A stretch of 64,000 nucleotides of DNA from Macrostomum lignano (taxonomy: Eukaryota). The first letter of the stretch is position 1, and each line of letters begins with the position of its first letter. The translations under genes and the position numbers were made by a program. A model generated the notes under the pieces. It did no database searches and was not told the origin of the DNA. It was given only the letters and a program-made list of their open reading frames with translations. This document shows positions 13,001 to 24,731 of this stretch, one piece after another. The DNA lies in NCBI GenBank assembly GCA_002269645.1, contig NIVC01000239.1, positions 62,001-126,000 on the forward strand, given 5' to 3'.

Positions 13001-16000
13001 TCTTGAAGCTTCGGGAATTTCGTGTAAGATCTTGAAGCTACGGGAATTTCGTGTAAGATCTTGAAGCTTGGGGAATTTCGGGCAAGACTTATGGGGCTTG
13101 GAGAAATTAGGAGATAATCTTCAGACTGTGGCCGTGGGTATTTCAGGAGAATTTCCTTAGACTTAGGGGAATTTCGAGGTGGAATCTTAAAACCTGGAGA
13201 ACTAAAGTAACGTCTTAGAAGTAAGTTTCATAGAACTCTTCTTTGAGAAGCAGCACTTGTTTGAGTTGTAGGAATAATTTCGGTAAAAAAAATTCGCTAC
13301 TGAGTTGCTGGAGCACCTGACCAGATATTTTCACAGGTTGAGAGCAGAAAATCGAGAATGATTTTATCACCAGGAGCAGCGCTTTTGCCATAAAAAAGCA
13401 GCACAGACGATTACAGGCCGTTTTTTGTGTCTCCATTCATTTGGCAGCATAGACTGGGGTTTTTCTTTGAGTCTGTAGCGTGTGGGATTTTGTTTTGTTT
13501 GTTTCCTTCTTTGTACCACGGTATATGATAAGCGTGCGCGGGTGCGAATGCGGATGGAATTTCGGGGCCGGACATACTCGGTCGGTTTTTTTATGGGGGG
13601 GTGGGAATTTCTGATTCGGTTTCATAATATGCGAATGAAAGAGATTCACTATGGTTCAGGTGCGACTGAACTTTTGAGGGTGCAGGTGGGTTGGATAAAC
13701 AAGATATTTGGCGCCTTTCTCTGAGTTTGGCGTCTTCCTTTTTCCGAGTTTGGCGCCCTTTTCTCATTTTTGTGCCTTTCTTTGATTTTGGCGCCTTTCT
13801 CTGATTTTGTCGCCTTTCTTTGATCCTCTGTAAAGATTCTAGCTCACTATTTGCTACTAGCCTGCCGTAGCTACCCTGTTACAGATGTCGGCGCCTCCTG
13901 TTAGATATCGGCGCCCTCTGTTACAGATATCGGCGCCCTCTGATACAGATATCGGCGCCCTCTGATACATATATCGACGCCCCCTGTTAGAGATATCGGC
14001 GCCCTCTGTTACAGATATCGGCGCCCCCTGTTATAGATATCGGCGCCTCCCTGTTACAGATATCGGCGCCTCCCTGTTACAGATATCGGCGCCCCCTGTT
14101 ATAGATATCGGCGCTCCCCTGTTACAGATATCGGCGCCTCCCTGTTACAGATATCGGCGCCTCCCTGTTACAGATATCGGCGCCTCCCTGTTACAGATAT
14201 CGGCGCCCCCTGTTAGAGATATCGGCGCCCCTGTTACAGATATCGGCGCCTCCCTGTTGCAGATATCGGCGCCTCCCTGCTACAGATATAGACCCCCCTG
14301 TTACAGATATCGGCGCCTCCCTGTTACAGATATAGACCCCCAGTTACAGATATCGGCGCTCCCCTGTTACAGATATCGGCGCTCCCCTGTTACAGATGTC
14401 GGCGCCTCCTGTTAGATATCGGCGCCCCCTGTTACAGATATCGGCGCCCCCTGTTAGAGACTTTAAGTCGACGCCTATTTTTATACGGTCAACCTCATCT
14501 TTAAGGATTTAATTGCCTTGCGTTATGAACCATAACCTCTAATAATAGATGAAGATGCAATCAATCTGTTGCCGCCCGCTTCTCATCGTTTCAGTCTCGG
14601 CGCCGGACTTCGCCGAGGTGTATCGCGGCGCTCAGCGCCAATTTAAGCTAACAAAACTATCGCCTAATACCCTCTATAGCCTGCGCGTTGCCGCGGTTAA
14701 TTCTAAAGGCGTTGGAGATTATTCAGCCATTGTTGACATGGCAACCAGCCGGGCAGCGCCGCCGCAGCCAGATCCGCCCAGCTTGGCGCAGCGGGGCGTC
14801 CGCTCCCTTACTGTAGCCTGGCAGTCCGGCCAGCAGCCGCTGTCCGAGGACGAATTCGTACTGCAGATGAATGACGAGGACACCGGGCACGGCTTCATGA
14901 CGGTGTACAGCGGGCCGGAGCTCAGCCACCGGGTGTCGCATCTGCGCAGGAACACCGAGTACCGATTCCGGCTGCAGGCCATCAACGATGACGGCGCATC
15001 CAAGTGGAGCGCCGAGGCGGCCTACGCCACCCTGCCGGACAAGCCCAGGCGGCCCGACCGGCCGACCCTGCGCGGACAGCCGCGGCCGAACTCGTTCCGA
15101 CTGGCTTGGGAGGCGCCAAGCGACGATGGCGGAATGCCGCTGCTGGCTTATCAGGTGCGTTGCTTTTCTATCTATCGAATACTAGCGGCTTCTGTTTAGC
15201 AATCTAGCGGCTTCTGTTTAGCAATCTAGCGGCTTCTGTTTAGCAATCTAGCGGCTTCTGTTTAGCAATCTAGCGGCTTCTGTTTATCGATCTAGCGGCT
15301 TCTGTTTAGCGATCTAGCGGCTTCTGTTTAGCGATCTAGCGGCTTCTGTTTATCGATCTAGCGGCTTCTGTTTAGCGATCTAGCGGCTTCTGTTTATCGA
15401 TCTAGCGGCTTCTGTTTAGCGATCTAGCGACATCTGTTTAGCGATCTAGCGGCTTCTGTCTAGCGATCTAGCGGCTTCTGTTTAGCGATCTAGCGGCTTC
15501 TGTCTAGCGATCTAGCGGCTTCTGTCTAGCGATCTAGCGGCTTCTATTTAGTGATCTAGCTGATTACAGATATGCTCGTATCGGCCCCTAGCCATAGATA
15601 AACTACGAGTAATTACCATAGACAATCTTGTGACCATAGACAATCTAGTGACCATAGACAATCTTGTGACCATAGACAATCTAGTGACCATAGACAATCT
15701 TGTGACCATAGACAATCTAGTGACCATAGACAATCTTGTGACCATAGACAATCTAGTGACCATAGACAATCTTGTGACCATAGACAATCTTGTGACCATA
15801 GACAATCTAGTGACCATAGACAATCTTGTGACCATAGACAATCTAGTTACCATAGACAATCTTGTGACCATAGACAATCTAGTGACCATCGACAATCTAG
15901 TGACCATAGACAATCTAGTGACTATAGACAATCTAGTGACCATCGACAATCTAGTGAACATAGACAATCCAGTCTACGTCTATCGAAGATTTAAACCAGC

Positions 16001-19000
16001 GATAAAATCTAATAAAAGTAAATTTGTGATCACCAACAATAGTTTTCCTACCCCTCCTAATCACCGTTAATCCTCATCAGGTTGCAATCGAGCCAGGCGG
16101 CGTGCTGGCAGATTCAGTGCCGCCAGAACAGCGCGAGTTCACTGTCCAAGGCCTGGAGCCCGGCTGCAGCTACTTGGCCACAGTGCAGGCGCGGTCTAGC
16201 GCGGGCCTGTCCCCAGCCAGCGAGCCCCTGACGGTTGTCACCGCACCTGTAGCGCCAGACGCTCCGGCACCGCCGCGTCTTCAAGGCCGGCCTAGAGCGG
16301 CTCTGCTCTGCTTGGCCTGGTCGCCGCCCAGGTACACTGGCGGCGCCGAGATCACCGGCTATGAAGTGTGCATGGACTGTTTGGGACCGGCTGAAGCCGG
16401 ATTGCCAGATGCCGAAGCTGGAGGCGGCCTGTCAGGCGATACTGACAAGCAACAGCAGCAGCAGCAATATTTGGAACCCGTCACTCGGCAGGTGCGTGTG
16501 TCGCTTGCGTGTGTCCTTTGGCTAGATTATCTGGCAGAGTCTGTCTGAGCTGGAAAGGGGTTTCCGGGCGTCTGTATACAGCGGGGAGGCGTCGCCGCCC
16601 ATTCCGATAATCCCTGGCGACTGCGAGCAGCTGGTTTTGCTGTGTCGTGCAGGGAGATCCGGGAGGTGGATGGTTCCTCGCCCGGTAGCCCTTGGGTAGC
16701 GGACGAGCTGGCAGAGATTCTCGGGGCCTGAAGACGGAGAGGTGCGGGTTTGGGCCGACGTAGGTGAGCCTGTCCTGAGTAAAGGCTAGGGGGGGGGCAT
16801 TCACAGATGAACTGCTCCGCATTCTCGACACCGGAGAGGCAGAATGTAAGGATGATTTAGCAACGCTTGGAAAAACAGCCATGACCCGATAGGGCCATGG
16901 TCCTCGCTGTTCCTAACTAGCAATCATAAGTACAGAGATGCTAAGCTGACTAGCTGAAAAGTTTTGTTTGGATTCTGAAAAGCATCCTCGCGCACTGCTC
17001 TCCACAGGTGTACAAAGGCGCCGCTCTAGAGTGCTCAGTCACGGGTCTGGTGCCCGGCCACGCCTACGCATTCAGATTGCGCGCCAATAATCGGGCCGGC
17101 TCCGGCGCCTGGTCAGAGCCGCTGCGCGTAGCCAGCGCCCCCGGCGTGCCGGACGCGCCCCCGGCGCCAATTGTTTCCTGCCGCTCTCCGCACACGGCCT
17201 CAGTGGCCTGGACTAGTCCGCCTTGTAGGGGCGCCGTCGTCTCCGAGTATCGCCTCGAATGGCAGCCGCGGCCCGGCGCTGACTTCGCGCTGGTGGGTGT
17301 TCGAACCTGCAATTTGAGGGATTTTTCTGGTGGGGATAGTTGCTAGAAATGGGCCCGCTAGCCTTCCAGCTGGTGGACTATCAGAGTTCTTTAATTAGTA
17401 GTACACCTTGCTTCTTAATCCAGCTCTCACTTCTCTAATCTTCAAGTGGCGCTTATCCCTTCCCTAATCCTTCATGTGGTGTTAACCCTAGGATACAGAG
17501 CAAGCTTCATCTAGACATTGGGTTGAGTCCTTGGCTTCACTGCTCCGGTCCAGTGCGAGATCTCTGACAGTGTCTGTCTCTGGCCCTAGCGGAGATGCTA
17601 AGATTATTTTGAGATATATTTCTTAAGCCGGGTAAATTGCTTCTAGCTGTCCCATTTCTATTCTCTGTGTGTGTATCGAAAGGATATCGAGAGTTAATGG
17701 GAGAAGGCGGGACAAGACTTGGCCCAGCGTTAGTGGGAGATTGCAGCTGGCCTCTTGCCCTCTCTTTCCCGGAATCTCCGACCCCTCGGCCGTGTCTGCC
17801 TCTCGTGTAGTGGCGACAGCTGAAGCAGTAATATTCGGATATAGAAGCACTCGGATCCCGCGTGTCCTGTCGACCACCACTTCATCCCCTTCTCATTCCC
17901 CTCCCCCGGCAGCCTTGACTCTATATTCGTATGGTGTATGTATTATTAATACCTGCCAGCCAATTAGTCTTGGTTTCCTCATACCCAGATCCCCGTAGCG
18001 TTTCCCTCAGCAGCGCCAGTGCTGCTAATGCTAACTTCACTTTCACTACGAATTATCATCGGCGGTAAGCGTCTAATAGGGTCTATTTAGCTCCTCATTT
18101 TACCGAACGTTAGCAGGTAAAAAAAACTGTTATTAGCACTGGTAGGCGAGCCATTTAGGTGTTTATACGAGATAACGTTTTTTGATAAAATAACCGTTAA
18201 CAAGCCGTTTTCTACTATTAGTAGTAGCACTAGGATATCAAAGAAGTTGTAAAATTTAGAATAACCAAATTTAGAAATCTATGCAGCTCATCAACAGCTA
18301 AATGCCCCTTAAGTCTCACGCTGGCGCCCCTGATGCTGGCGCCCCTGGTGCTGGCGCCCCTGGTGCTGGCGCCCCTGATGCTGGCGCCCCTAGTGCTGGC
18401 GCCCCTGGTGCTGGCGCCCCTGGTGCTGGCGCCCCTGGTGCTGGCGCCCCTGGTGCTGGCGCCCCTGGTGCTGGCGCCCCTGGTGCTGGCGCCCCTGGTG
18501 CTGGCGCCCCTGGTGCTGGCGCCCCTGGTGCTGGCGCCCCTGGTGCTGGCGCCCCTGGTGCTGGCGCCCCTGGTGCTGGCGCCCCTGGTGCTGGCGCCCC
18601 TGGTGCTGGCGCCCCTGGTGCTGGCGCCCCTGGTGCTGGCGCCCCTGGTGCTGGCGCCCCTGGTGCTGGCGCCCCTGGTGCTGGCGCCCCTGGTGCTGGC
18701 GCCCCTGGTGCTGGCGCCCCTGGTGCTGGCGCCCCTGGTGCTGGCATCCCTGATGCTGGCGCCACTCAAATAAAATGGTGCCGACTCAAATAAACTGACA
18801 TCTACTCAAACTTTTGACGGCTGGGTTTAGCTGTTGTAGGGATGTGTTGCGGTTGTAAAACTGGACTGGAGCCAAATCATATTGCATACTAAATTACTAC
18901 TAGGCACTAAAAATTGAAATGATGCCCATCACTGTTCCAAATTTCAGCTGTACACCGGCGATGCTTTACACTACGAGGCGAAGAATCTTCAGCCAGCCAC

Positions 19001-22000
19001 TATTTATAGCTTTCGAGTTCAGGTTCGTGCTTCACTTCTAGCTAGATTTATTACTGTTCTTTGATGCCAGTTGAGAGCTTTATGACTAGAAATCGAAGAC
19101 TAGCTAGATTAGGAAATACGCCTGATTAACTGCAAGGTAGTCACTGCTGCCAAGGTGTGCAGCGGTCCCTAACCATGGACGATTCTGCTTAACTTGCAGC
19201 AGTGCCAACACTTTCGATTACGAATCGCTGAAGATTCAAGGGTGTACAACGGCTCCGGCTTTCTTAATCGTCAGGCATGTACACCCTCTGCGGCCTGGGG
19301 GTTGGCCCTCATAGGGACAACACTAATCAAGTCAGGGTAATTGTCGTGACGAATTTCCCCCCCCCCCTACCTGACTGTTTCCAGGCTGTCAACAGCGCGG
19401 GCGCCGGCCAGTTCTCGTTGCCGACCCGAGCAGCCACGCCGCCCAGCTCCCCAGACGCTGTTCAAGGCCTTCGAGCTGTGGCGCAGGCCACGTCTCTAGC
19501 AGTGAGTTGGTCCGCGCCAAGCGACAATGGCTCGGAGATTAGCGGCTACTCGGTGTGCGTTAACGAGAAGCCGCCTGTGCAATTGGGCCCAGATGAGACT
19601 GAGCTCACTGTGCCCGATCTGCAGCCCGACACTCAGTACAAGGTGTGCATATTTTTATGTTATGAGTTGCTCTCATTCCCAACAGCCCCTCGCTTAAAGC
19701 TATGCATGATTCATGATCGATATTCATTGCTCCTGTTTTCATTTGTTCATCCGGTTTAGTAAGATATTTGTTAGAATCTTAGTTTACTATCTCAGTGACT
19801 CACAATGAGTTTGGCATCTCAGTGACTTTCGTTGAGTTCGGAATCTTAGTGACTCACATTGAGTTTAGAATCTCAGTGACTCACATTGAGTTTAGAATCT
19901 CAGTGAATCACATTGAGTTTAGAATCTCAGTGACTCACATTGAGTTAAGAATCTCAGTGACTCAAATTGAGTTTAGAATCTCAATGACTCACATTGAGTT
20001 TAGAATCTCAGTGACTCACATTGAGTTTAGAATCTCAGTGACTCACATTGAGTTAAGAATCTCAGTGACTCAAATTGAGTTTAGAATCTCAATGACTCAC
20101 ATTGAGTTTAGAATCTCAGTGACTCACATTGAGTTTAGAATCTCAGTGAATCACATTGAGTTTAGAATCTCAGTGACTCACATTGAGTTAAGAATCTCAG
20201 TGACTCAAATTGAGTTTAGAATCTCAATGACTCACATTGAGTTTAGAATCTCAGTGACTCACATTGAGTTAAGAATCTCAGTGACTCAAATTGAGTTTAG
20301 AATCTCAATGACTCACATTGAGTTTAGAATCTCAGTGACTCACATTGAGTTAAGAATCTCAGTGACTCAAATTGAGTTTAGAATCTCAATGACTCACATT
20401 GAGTTTAGAATCTCAGTGACTCACATTGAGTTTAGAATCTCAGTGAATCACATTGAGTTTAGAATCTCAGTGACTCACATTGAGTTAAGAATCTCAGTGA
20501 CTCAAATTGAGTTTAGAATCTCAATGACTCACATTGAGTTTAGAATCTCAGTGACTCACATTGAGTTAAGAATCTCAGTGACTCAAATTGAGTTTAGAAT
20601 CTCAATGACTCACATTGAGTTTAGAATCTCAGTGACTCACATTGAGTTTAGAATCTCAGTGACTCAAATTGAGTTTAGAATATCAATGACTCACATTGAG
20701 CTTTATCATTGGAATCATTTACGCAGAGTCCTACTGCAAGTAGAAGATCAGCGAAGTGAAACAATGAAGTAATAAAATGGCATCCCTTCCCTCCTAATTC
20801 AGGTCCGAGTGCGCGCTTGCAACGCCGTGGGCCCAGGCCCATATTCCGCGCCGTTGCGTGTGGTCACCGGCTCGCTGCCGCCTAACCCGCCGCGCATCGA
20901 GTGCGTGCACAATCAGGCCACTTCGCTGAAGCTGCGCTGGGGCGACGGGCGAAACGCTGATCTGTTGCAGTACCAGGTAGGGTGGTACTGGCGCTTTGTA
21001 CGGTCTGCAGTGTTGTCAATGCCTACTGTGTGACCGCTGCTCCGCTACAAGTGGATCAACGCTAGTCCACTTCAAGGACCCCTGTTAGTCCAGTACAAGG
21101 ACCCTTACTAGTGCTTCAGTGCAAGGACCCCTAGTGTTTCAGTACAATTACCTTTAGTGCTACAATATAAGGACCCCTAGTGTTTCAGTCCAAGGACCCT
21201 TCCTAGTGTTTCAGTCCAAGGACCCTTCCTAGTGTTTCAGTACAAGGACCCTTCCTAGTGTTTCAGTCCAAGGACCCTTCCTAGCGTTTCAGTCCAAGGA
21301 CCCTTCCTAGTGTTTCAGTACAAGGACCCTTACTAGTGTTTCAGTCCAAGGACCCTTACTAGTGTTTCAGTACAAGGACCCTTACTAGTGTTTCAGTCCA
21401 AGGACCCTTCCTAGTGTTTCAGTACAAGGACATTTAGTGTTTCAGTGCAAGGACCCCTAGGGTTTCAGTGCAAGAGGACAAGTCCGGACAGAGAAGGCAG
21501 GGTATATTCTAGCCGGTGTTGGGCTGGGCTGAACCCGGCCCCGTGACTCATTAGCTTTGTTTATCTGGCGTGAATTATGGCATTTGCGTCAGCAGTCCAT
21601 CTCAAACTGACTTGGCGATGTTCTCAGCAAATTATGCCTTTAAAAGTTGGCGGGTGCAGGGGTCTGTCATTTTCTTTAATTAGTTTTATTTTCCCCTGCC
21701 AAGCAGACTAACATCCCACAGTATTCTGGGATTCGCAGACTGGGGATAATTGAGCAACATTTTGCCGCACAGATTGTTCAGACATTCCCCTCGCATCCCC
21801 CTGAGGCATGGACAAAAAGGACAGCCGAAAATAATGTTATAATGCGAGCTGCTGTCAGACGCTTATGCTTCCCCTGACCCCCCTCCATGCAGTCCTGCCT
21901 GTCCGCATATTGTAATTTGCTTTTGTTTCCACCCTCTCCTGACGGCCTAATCATAGGGCTTTAAGCCCTTTTTAGCTGACACACAGGCAAAAGGGGAGGC

Positions 22001-24731
22001 GAAATCCCTGTTTCTCCTTGTCTCTTGCTAGCCTTTTATCTTTGCAATTAATTTATAGCTAGCAGTTTAGACGCAGTTCGCGGCCTTAATTACCTTCTTA
22101 AGCTAAATGCTCACTGCAGTCGCTGCTAGACCTGTGTTTTTATTTTCGAAACATTCGTTCAGTCCATTTTGCTTTGCTAGCTCTATACTGTCAGAACTGC
22201 CTTCGTTAAATAATACACTCACCAAGATGCAGCACCATTCACTTCCTGCTCACTTATTCACCAAGATGCAGCACCATTCACTTCCTGCTCACTTATTCAC
22301 CAAGATGCAGCACCATTCACTTCCTGCTCACTTATTCACCAAGATGCAGCACCATTCACTTCCTGCTCACTTATTCACCAAGATGCAGCACCATTCACTT
22401 CCTGCTCACTTATTCACCAAGATGCAGCACCATTCACTTCCTGCTCACTTATTCACCAAGATGCAGCACCATTCACTTCCTGCTCACTTATTCACCAAGA
22501 TGCAGCACCATTCACTTCCTGCTCACTTATTCACCAAGATGCAGCACCATTCACTTGCTGCTCACTTATTCACCAAGATGCAGCAACATTCACTTCCTGC
22601 TCACTTATTCACCAAGATGCAGCACCATTCACTTCCTGCTCACTTATTCACCAAGATGCAGCACCATTCACTTCCTGCTCACTTATTCACCAAGATGCAG
22701 CACCATTCACTTCCTGCTCACTTATTCACCAAGATGCAACACCATTCACTTCCTGTTCACTTATTCACCAAGATGCAGCACCATTCACTTCCTGCTCACT
22801 TATTCACCAAGATGCAGCACCATTCACTTCCTGCTCACTTATTCACCAAGATGCAGCACCATTCACTTCCTGCTCACTTATTCACCAAGATGCAGCACCA
22901 TTCACTTCCTGCTCACTTATTCACCAAGATGCAGCACCATTCACTTCCTGCTCACTTATTCACCAAGATGCAGCACCATTCACTTCCTGCTCACTTATTC
23001 ACCAAGATGCAGCACCATTCACTTCCTGCTCACTTATTCACCAAGATGCAGCACCATTCACTTCCTGCTCACTTATTCACCAAGATGCAGCACCATTCAC
23101 TTCCTGCTCACTTATTCACCAAGATGCAGCACCATTCACTTCCTGCTCACTTATTCACCAATTTGCAGCACCATTCACTTCCTACTCACTTATTCACCAA
23201 GATGCGGCATTCACATCCTCACTTATTCACCAATTTTCAGCATTCACATCCTACTCACTTATTCACCAATTTTCAGCATTCACATCCTCCTCACTTATTC
23301 ACCAATTTTCAGCATTCACATCCTCCTCACTTATTCACCAATTTTCAGCATTCACATCCTACTCACTTATTCACCAATTTTCAGCATTCACATCCTACTC
23401 ACTTATTCACCAATTTTCAGCATTCACATCCTCCTCACTTATTCACCAAGATGCGGCATTCACAGCCTATTCGATAGTTTACCAATCCACTTTTCACTTC
23501 AGATCGAAATGGCGGCCAGTTCCGTGGACTCGGGTTGGCAGGTGGTGTACCAGGGCAGCTCGCACAGCACCCGCCTCACCCGCCTGGCCGAGCTCACCGA
23601 CTATCACTTCCGCATCCGAGCCACTAACGAGGCCGGCTCAGGCCCCTACTCCAGTCCATTTTGCTTCTCAACTGGCAAGGCGCATCCGCCTGCGATGAAG
23701 CCGCCACGACTATCCGAGCTGACCCAGGACAGTTGCAGGGTCGACTGGGCCGGCCTGCGACCTATGGGTCGGGACAGTATCGTCTACGTGCTGCAATTGC
23801 TGGCTGTTAACGAGAGAGACTCCGACTATAGACAGGTTAGTATTGCTTAGGAGTAATTTAAGTGCTTGCTTCGTTGCTAAGGGGATTATCTGTCTGGTTG
23901 CTAGGCAGATTGTTTGGTTGCTATGCTGATCGTCTGGTTGCTAGGCGGATTGTCTGGTTGCTAGGCGGATAGTCTGATTGCTAGGCGGATTGTCTAGTTG
24001 CTAGGCGGATTGTCTGGTTGCTAGGCGGATTGTTTGGTTGCTAGGCGGATAGTCTGATTGCTAGGCGGATTGTCTAGTTGCTAGGCGGATTGTCTGGTTG
24101 CTAGGTGGATTGTTTGGTTGCTAGGCGGATAATCTGATTGCTAGGCGGATTGTCTGGTTGCTAGGCGGATTGTCTGGTTGCTAGGCGGATTGTTTGGTTG
24201 CTAGGCGGATTGTCTGGTTGCTAGGCGGATTGTTTGGTTGCTAGGCGGATTGTTTGGTTGCTAGGCGGATTTTCTAGTTGCTAGACTCTGGCTGATTGAC
24301 TTTTTGCAAACCTACTTATGATTTTTACTGGTCAGCACTCTCAGTTCCTCTCCGCTCGTTGCCTTCAGGTGTACCGCGGCTCTGACCAATCTTGCAAGCT
24401 GACTTGCCTGAACCCCAACACGGAGTACCAGGTGCGCGTCGCCGCGGCCCGTCGATGCTCGGAGACCGGCGATGAGCTGATTGGCGCCTTCTCTCAAGGC
24501 GTCGTGTTTATCACTCGCGCCGGGTCCGTCTTGGCCTCGTCGACAAACCCGACTACGGCGTCTTCTGGTTCGTCGTCCTCGTCCTCGTCGTCTGCGTTGC
24601 GCTATTCCATCGGCGGCCGCGGAGGTGCCGGCTGGTCGGAGCAGCGCCTGGCTGCCGTGCTGCTCGCGGCATTCGGCGTCACGGCTCTCGTTGTTTCTCT
24701 GCTGCTCAACTATCTGGTGTTGGAGGCTTGA
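26..24731 (+). CDS. FNDC3: Fibronectin type III domain-containing protein 3 (FNDC3A/B, miles-to-go-like), 11 coding exons, about 1380 aa, probably 5'-partial
   Basis: Exons 26(or <2)-542, 4569-4739, 11159-12148, 14595-15154, 16081-16491, 17008-17292, 18948-19022, 19385-19642, 20803-20976, 23503-23835, 24369-24731; all GT-AG with matching phases. N-terminal motif VHVGAGETF...GPATVRMVS...VPPGHLVQQIVDENG, nine FN3 repeats, C-terminal hydrophobic anchor LAAVLLAAFGVTALVVSLLLNYLV. The frame is open upstream of the ATG at 26 to the window edge. Confidence 0.9.
705..778 (+). repeat. Dispersed about 75-bp hairpin repeat, copy 1
   Basis: CAGGGTGTACA..CCCTGACTTTCTAATCGTCAGGCATGTACA...GGGGGTTGGCCCTCAT; similar to 19238-19312 and to the split copy at 40375-41045. 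Confidence 0.75.
2345..3980. repeat. Complex purine-rich minisatellite (about 18-20 bp GACACA-based units with higher-order structure)
   Basis: AGACACAAAAGAGGACAGT / AGACACATAAGAGGACAGG variants. Confidence 0.95.
4569..4739 (+). CDS. FNDC3: FNDC3 exon 2
   Basis: tttctcAG acceptor, GTGAGA donor, phase 1-1; DDRTERHKCKVQHRLKNRR resembles the family basic helix. Confidence 0.8.
4810..5335. repeat. Degenerate about 20-bp repeat
   Basis: GGGGAATCTGAAGGTT variants. Confidence 0.8.
6527..6582. repeat. (CT)n microsatellite
   Basis: Pure CT run. Confidence 0.95.
6979..7045. repeat. (CT)n microsatellite
   Basis: Pure CT run. Confidence 0.95.
7460..7992. repeat. 30-bp minisatellite, about 17-18 near-perfect copies
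   Basis: GGAATCGCTCAGATAGCCTGGGGCTAGAGG. Confidence 0.97.
9225..9945. repeat. About 32-bp minisatellite
   Basis: GGGACCGGTGGGTAACAAGAGAGGTCACTGAG. Confidence 0.95.
9990..10795. repeat. 33-bp minisatellite
   Basis: CAGTAATGTCACACTGTATGGACTAGTGAGTAA. Confidence 0.95.
11159..12148 (+). CDS. FNDC3: FNDC3 exon 3 (polyQ region, FN3 repeat 1 and start of repeat 2)
   Basis: ctgcAG acceptor, GTAAGC donor; LQDLRPNREYHVKA and DNGAKVVAYLLE FN3 motifs. Confidence 0.9.
12272..13082. repeat. 29-bp minisatellite with two unit types
   Basis: AAGATCTTGAAGCTTGGGGAGTTTCTGGG then AAGATCTTGAAGCTTCGGGAATTTCGTGT. Confidence 0.95.
13877..14460. repeat. 22-23-bp minisatellite
   Basis: CCTGTTACAGATATCGGCGCCTC. Confidence 0.95.
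14595..15154 (+). CDS. FNDC3: FNDC3 exon 4 (FN3 repeats)
   Basis: tttcAG/GTGCGT; LSPNTLYSLRVAAVNSKG, LRRNTEYRFRLQAINDDG. Confidence 0.92.
15183..15550. repeat. 22-bp minisatellite
   Basis: TAGCGGCTTCTGTTTAGCGATC. Confidence 0.95.
15614..15970. repeat. 18-bp minisatellite
   Basis: GTGACCATAGACAATCT(A/T). Confidence 0.95.
16081..16491 (+). CDS. FNDC3: FNDC3 exon 5
   Basis: catcAG/GTGCGT, phase 0-0; LEPGCSYLATVQARSSAG. Confidence 0.9.
17008..17292 (+). CDS. FNDC3: FNDC3 exon 6
   Basis: ccacAG/GTGGGT; LVPGHAYAFRLRANNRAG. Confidence 0.9.
18320..18765. repeat. 15-bp minisatellite, about 29 copies
   Basis: GGTGCTGGCGCCCCT. Confidence 0.97.
18948..19022 (+). CDS. FNDC3: FNDC3 exon 7 (75 nt, absent from the ORF track)
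   Basis: tttcAG/GTTCGT; LYTGDALHYEAKNLQPATIYSFRVQ completes an FN3 repeat. Confidence 0.88.
19238..19312 (+). repeat. Dispersed about 75-bp hairpin repeat, copy 2
   Basis: High similarity to 705-778. Confidence 0.75.
19385..19642 (+). CDS. FNDC3: FNDC3 exon 8
   Basis: ttccAG/GTGTGC; AVNSAGAG...DNGSEISGY...LQPDTQYK. Confidence 0.9.
19791..20700. repeat. 27-bp minisatellite with an 81-bp higher-order trimer
   Basis: GTGACTCACATTGAGTTTAGAATCTCA. Confidence 0.96.
20803..20976 (+). CDS. FNDC3: FNDC3 exon 9
   Basis: attcAG/GTAGGG; VRVRACNAVGPGPYS. Confidence 0.9.
21070..21465. repeat. 26-bp minisatellite
   Basis: GTCCAAGGACCCTTCCTAGTGTTTCA. Confidence 0.9.
22214..23460. repeat. 39-bp minisatellite switching to a 36-bp unit
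   Basis: CACCAAGATGCAGCACCATTCACTTCCTGCTCACTTATT then CACCAATTTTCAGCATTCACATCCTACTCACTTATT. Confidence 0.96.
23503..23835 (+). CDS. FNDC3: FNDC3 exon 10
   Basis: cttcAG/GTTAGT; LAELTDYHFRIRATNEAGSGPYS. Confidence 0.9.
23890..24282. repeat. 20-bp minisatellite
   Basis: TTGTCTGGTTGCTAGGCGGA. Confidence 0.95.
24369..24731 (+). CDS. FNDC3: FNDC3 last coding exon (FN3 repeat 9 end and transmembrane tail anchor)
   Basis: cttcAG acceptor; LNPNTEYQVRVAA; hydrophobic C-terminus; TGA at 24729-24731. Confidence 0.9.
   Translation: MYRGSDQSCKLTCLNPNTEYQVRVAAARRCSETGDELIGAFSQGVVFITRAGSVLASSTNPTTASSGSSSSSSSSALRYSIGGRGGAGWSEQRLAAVLLAAFGVTALVVSLLLNYLVLEA

Noticed and set aside
18230-18793. (GAPGA)n elastin/collagen-like ORF
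   Set aside because: A perfect 15-bp repeat open in several frames on both strands within FNDC3 intron 6; the FNDC3 frame is complete without it
7420-20772. Repeat ORFs at 7420, 10126, 15548, 15630 and 19795
   Set aside because: Unit lengths are multiples of 3, which gives stop-free frames; all are intronic
22107-23477. 456-aa His-rich repeat ORF and the repeat part of ORF 22555..23850
   Set aside because: A 39/36-bp minisatellite; only 23503-23835 is a real exon
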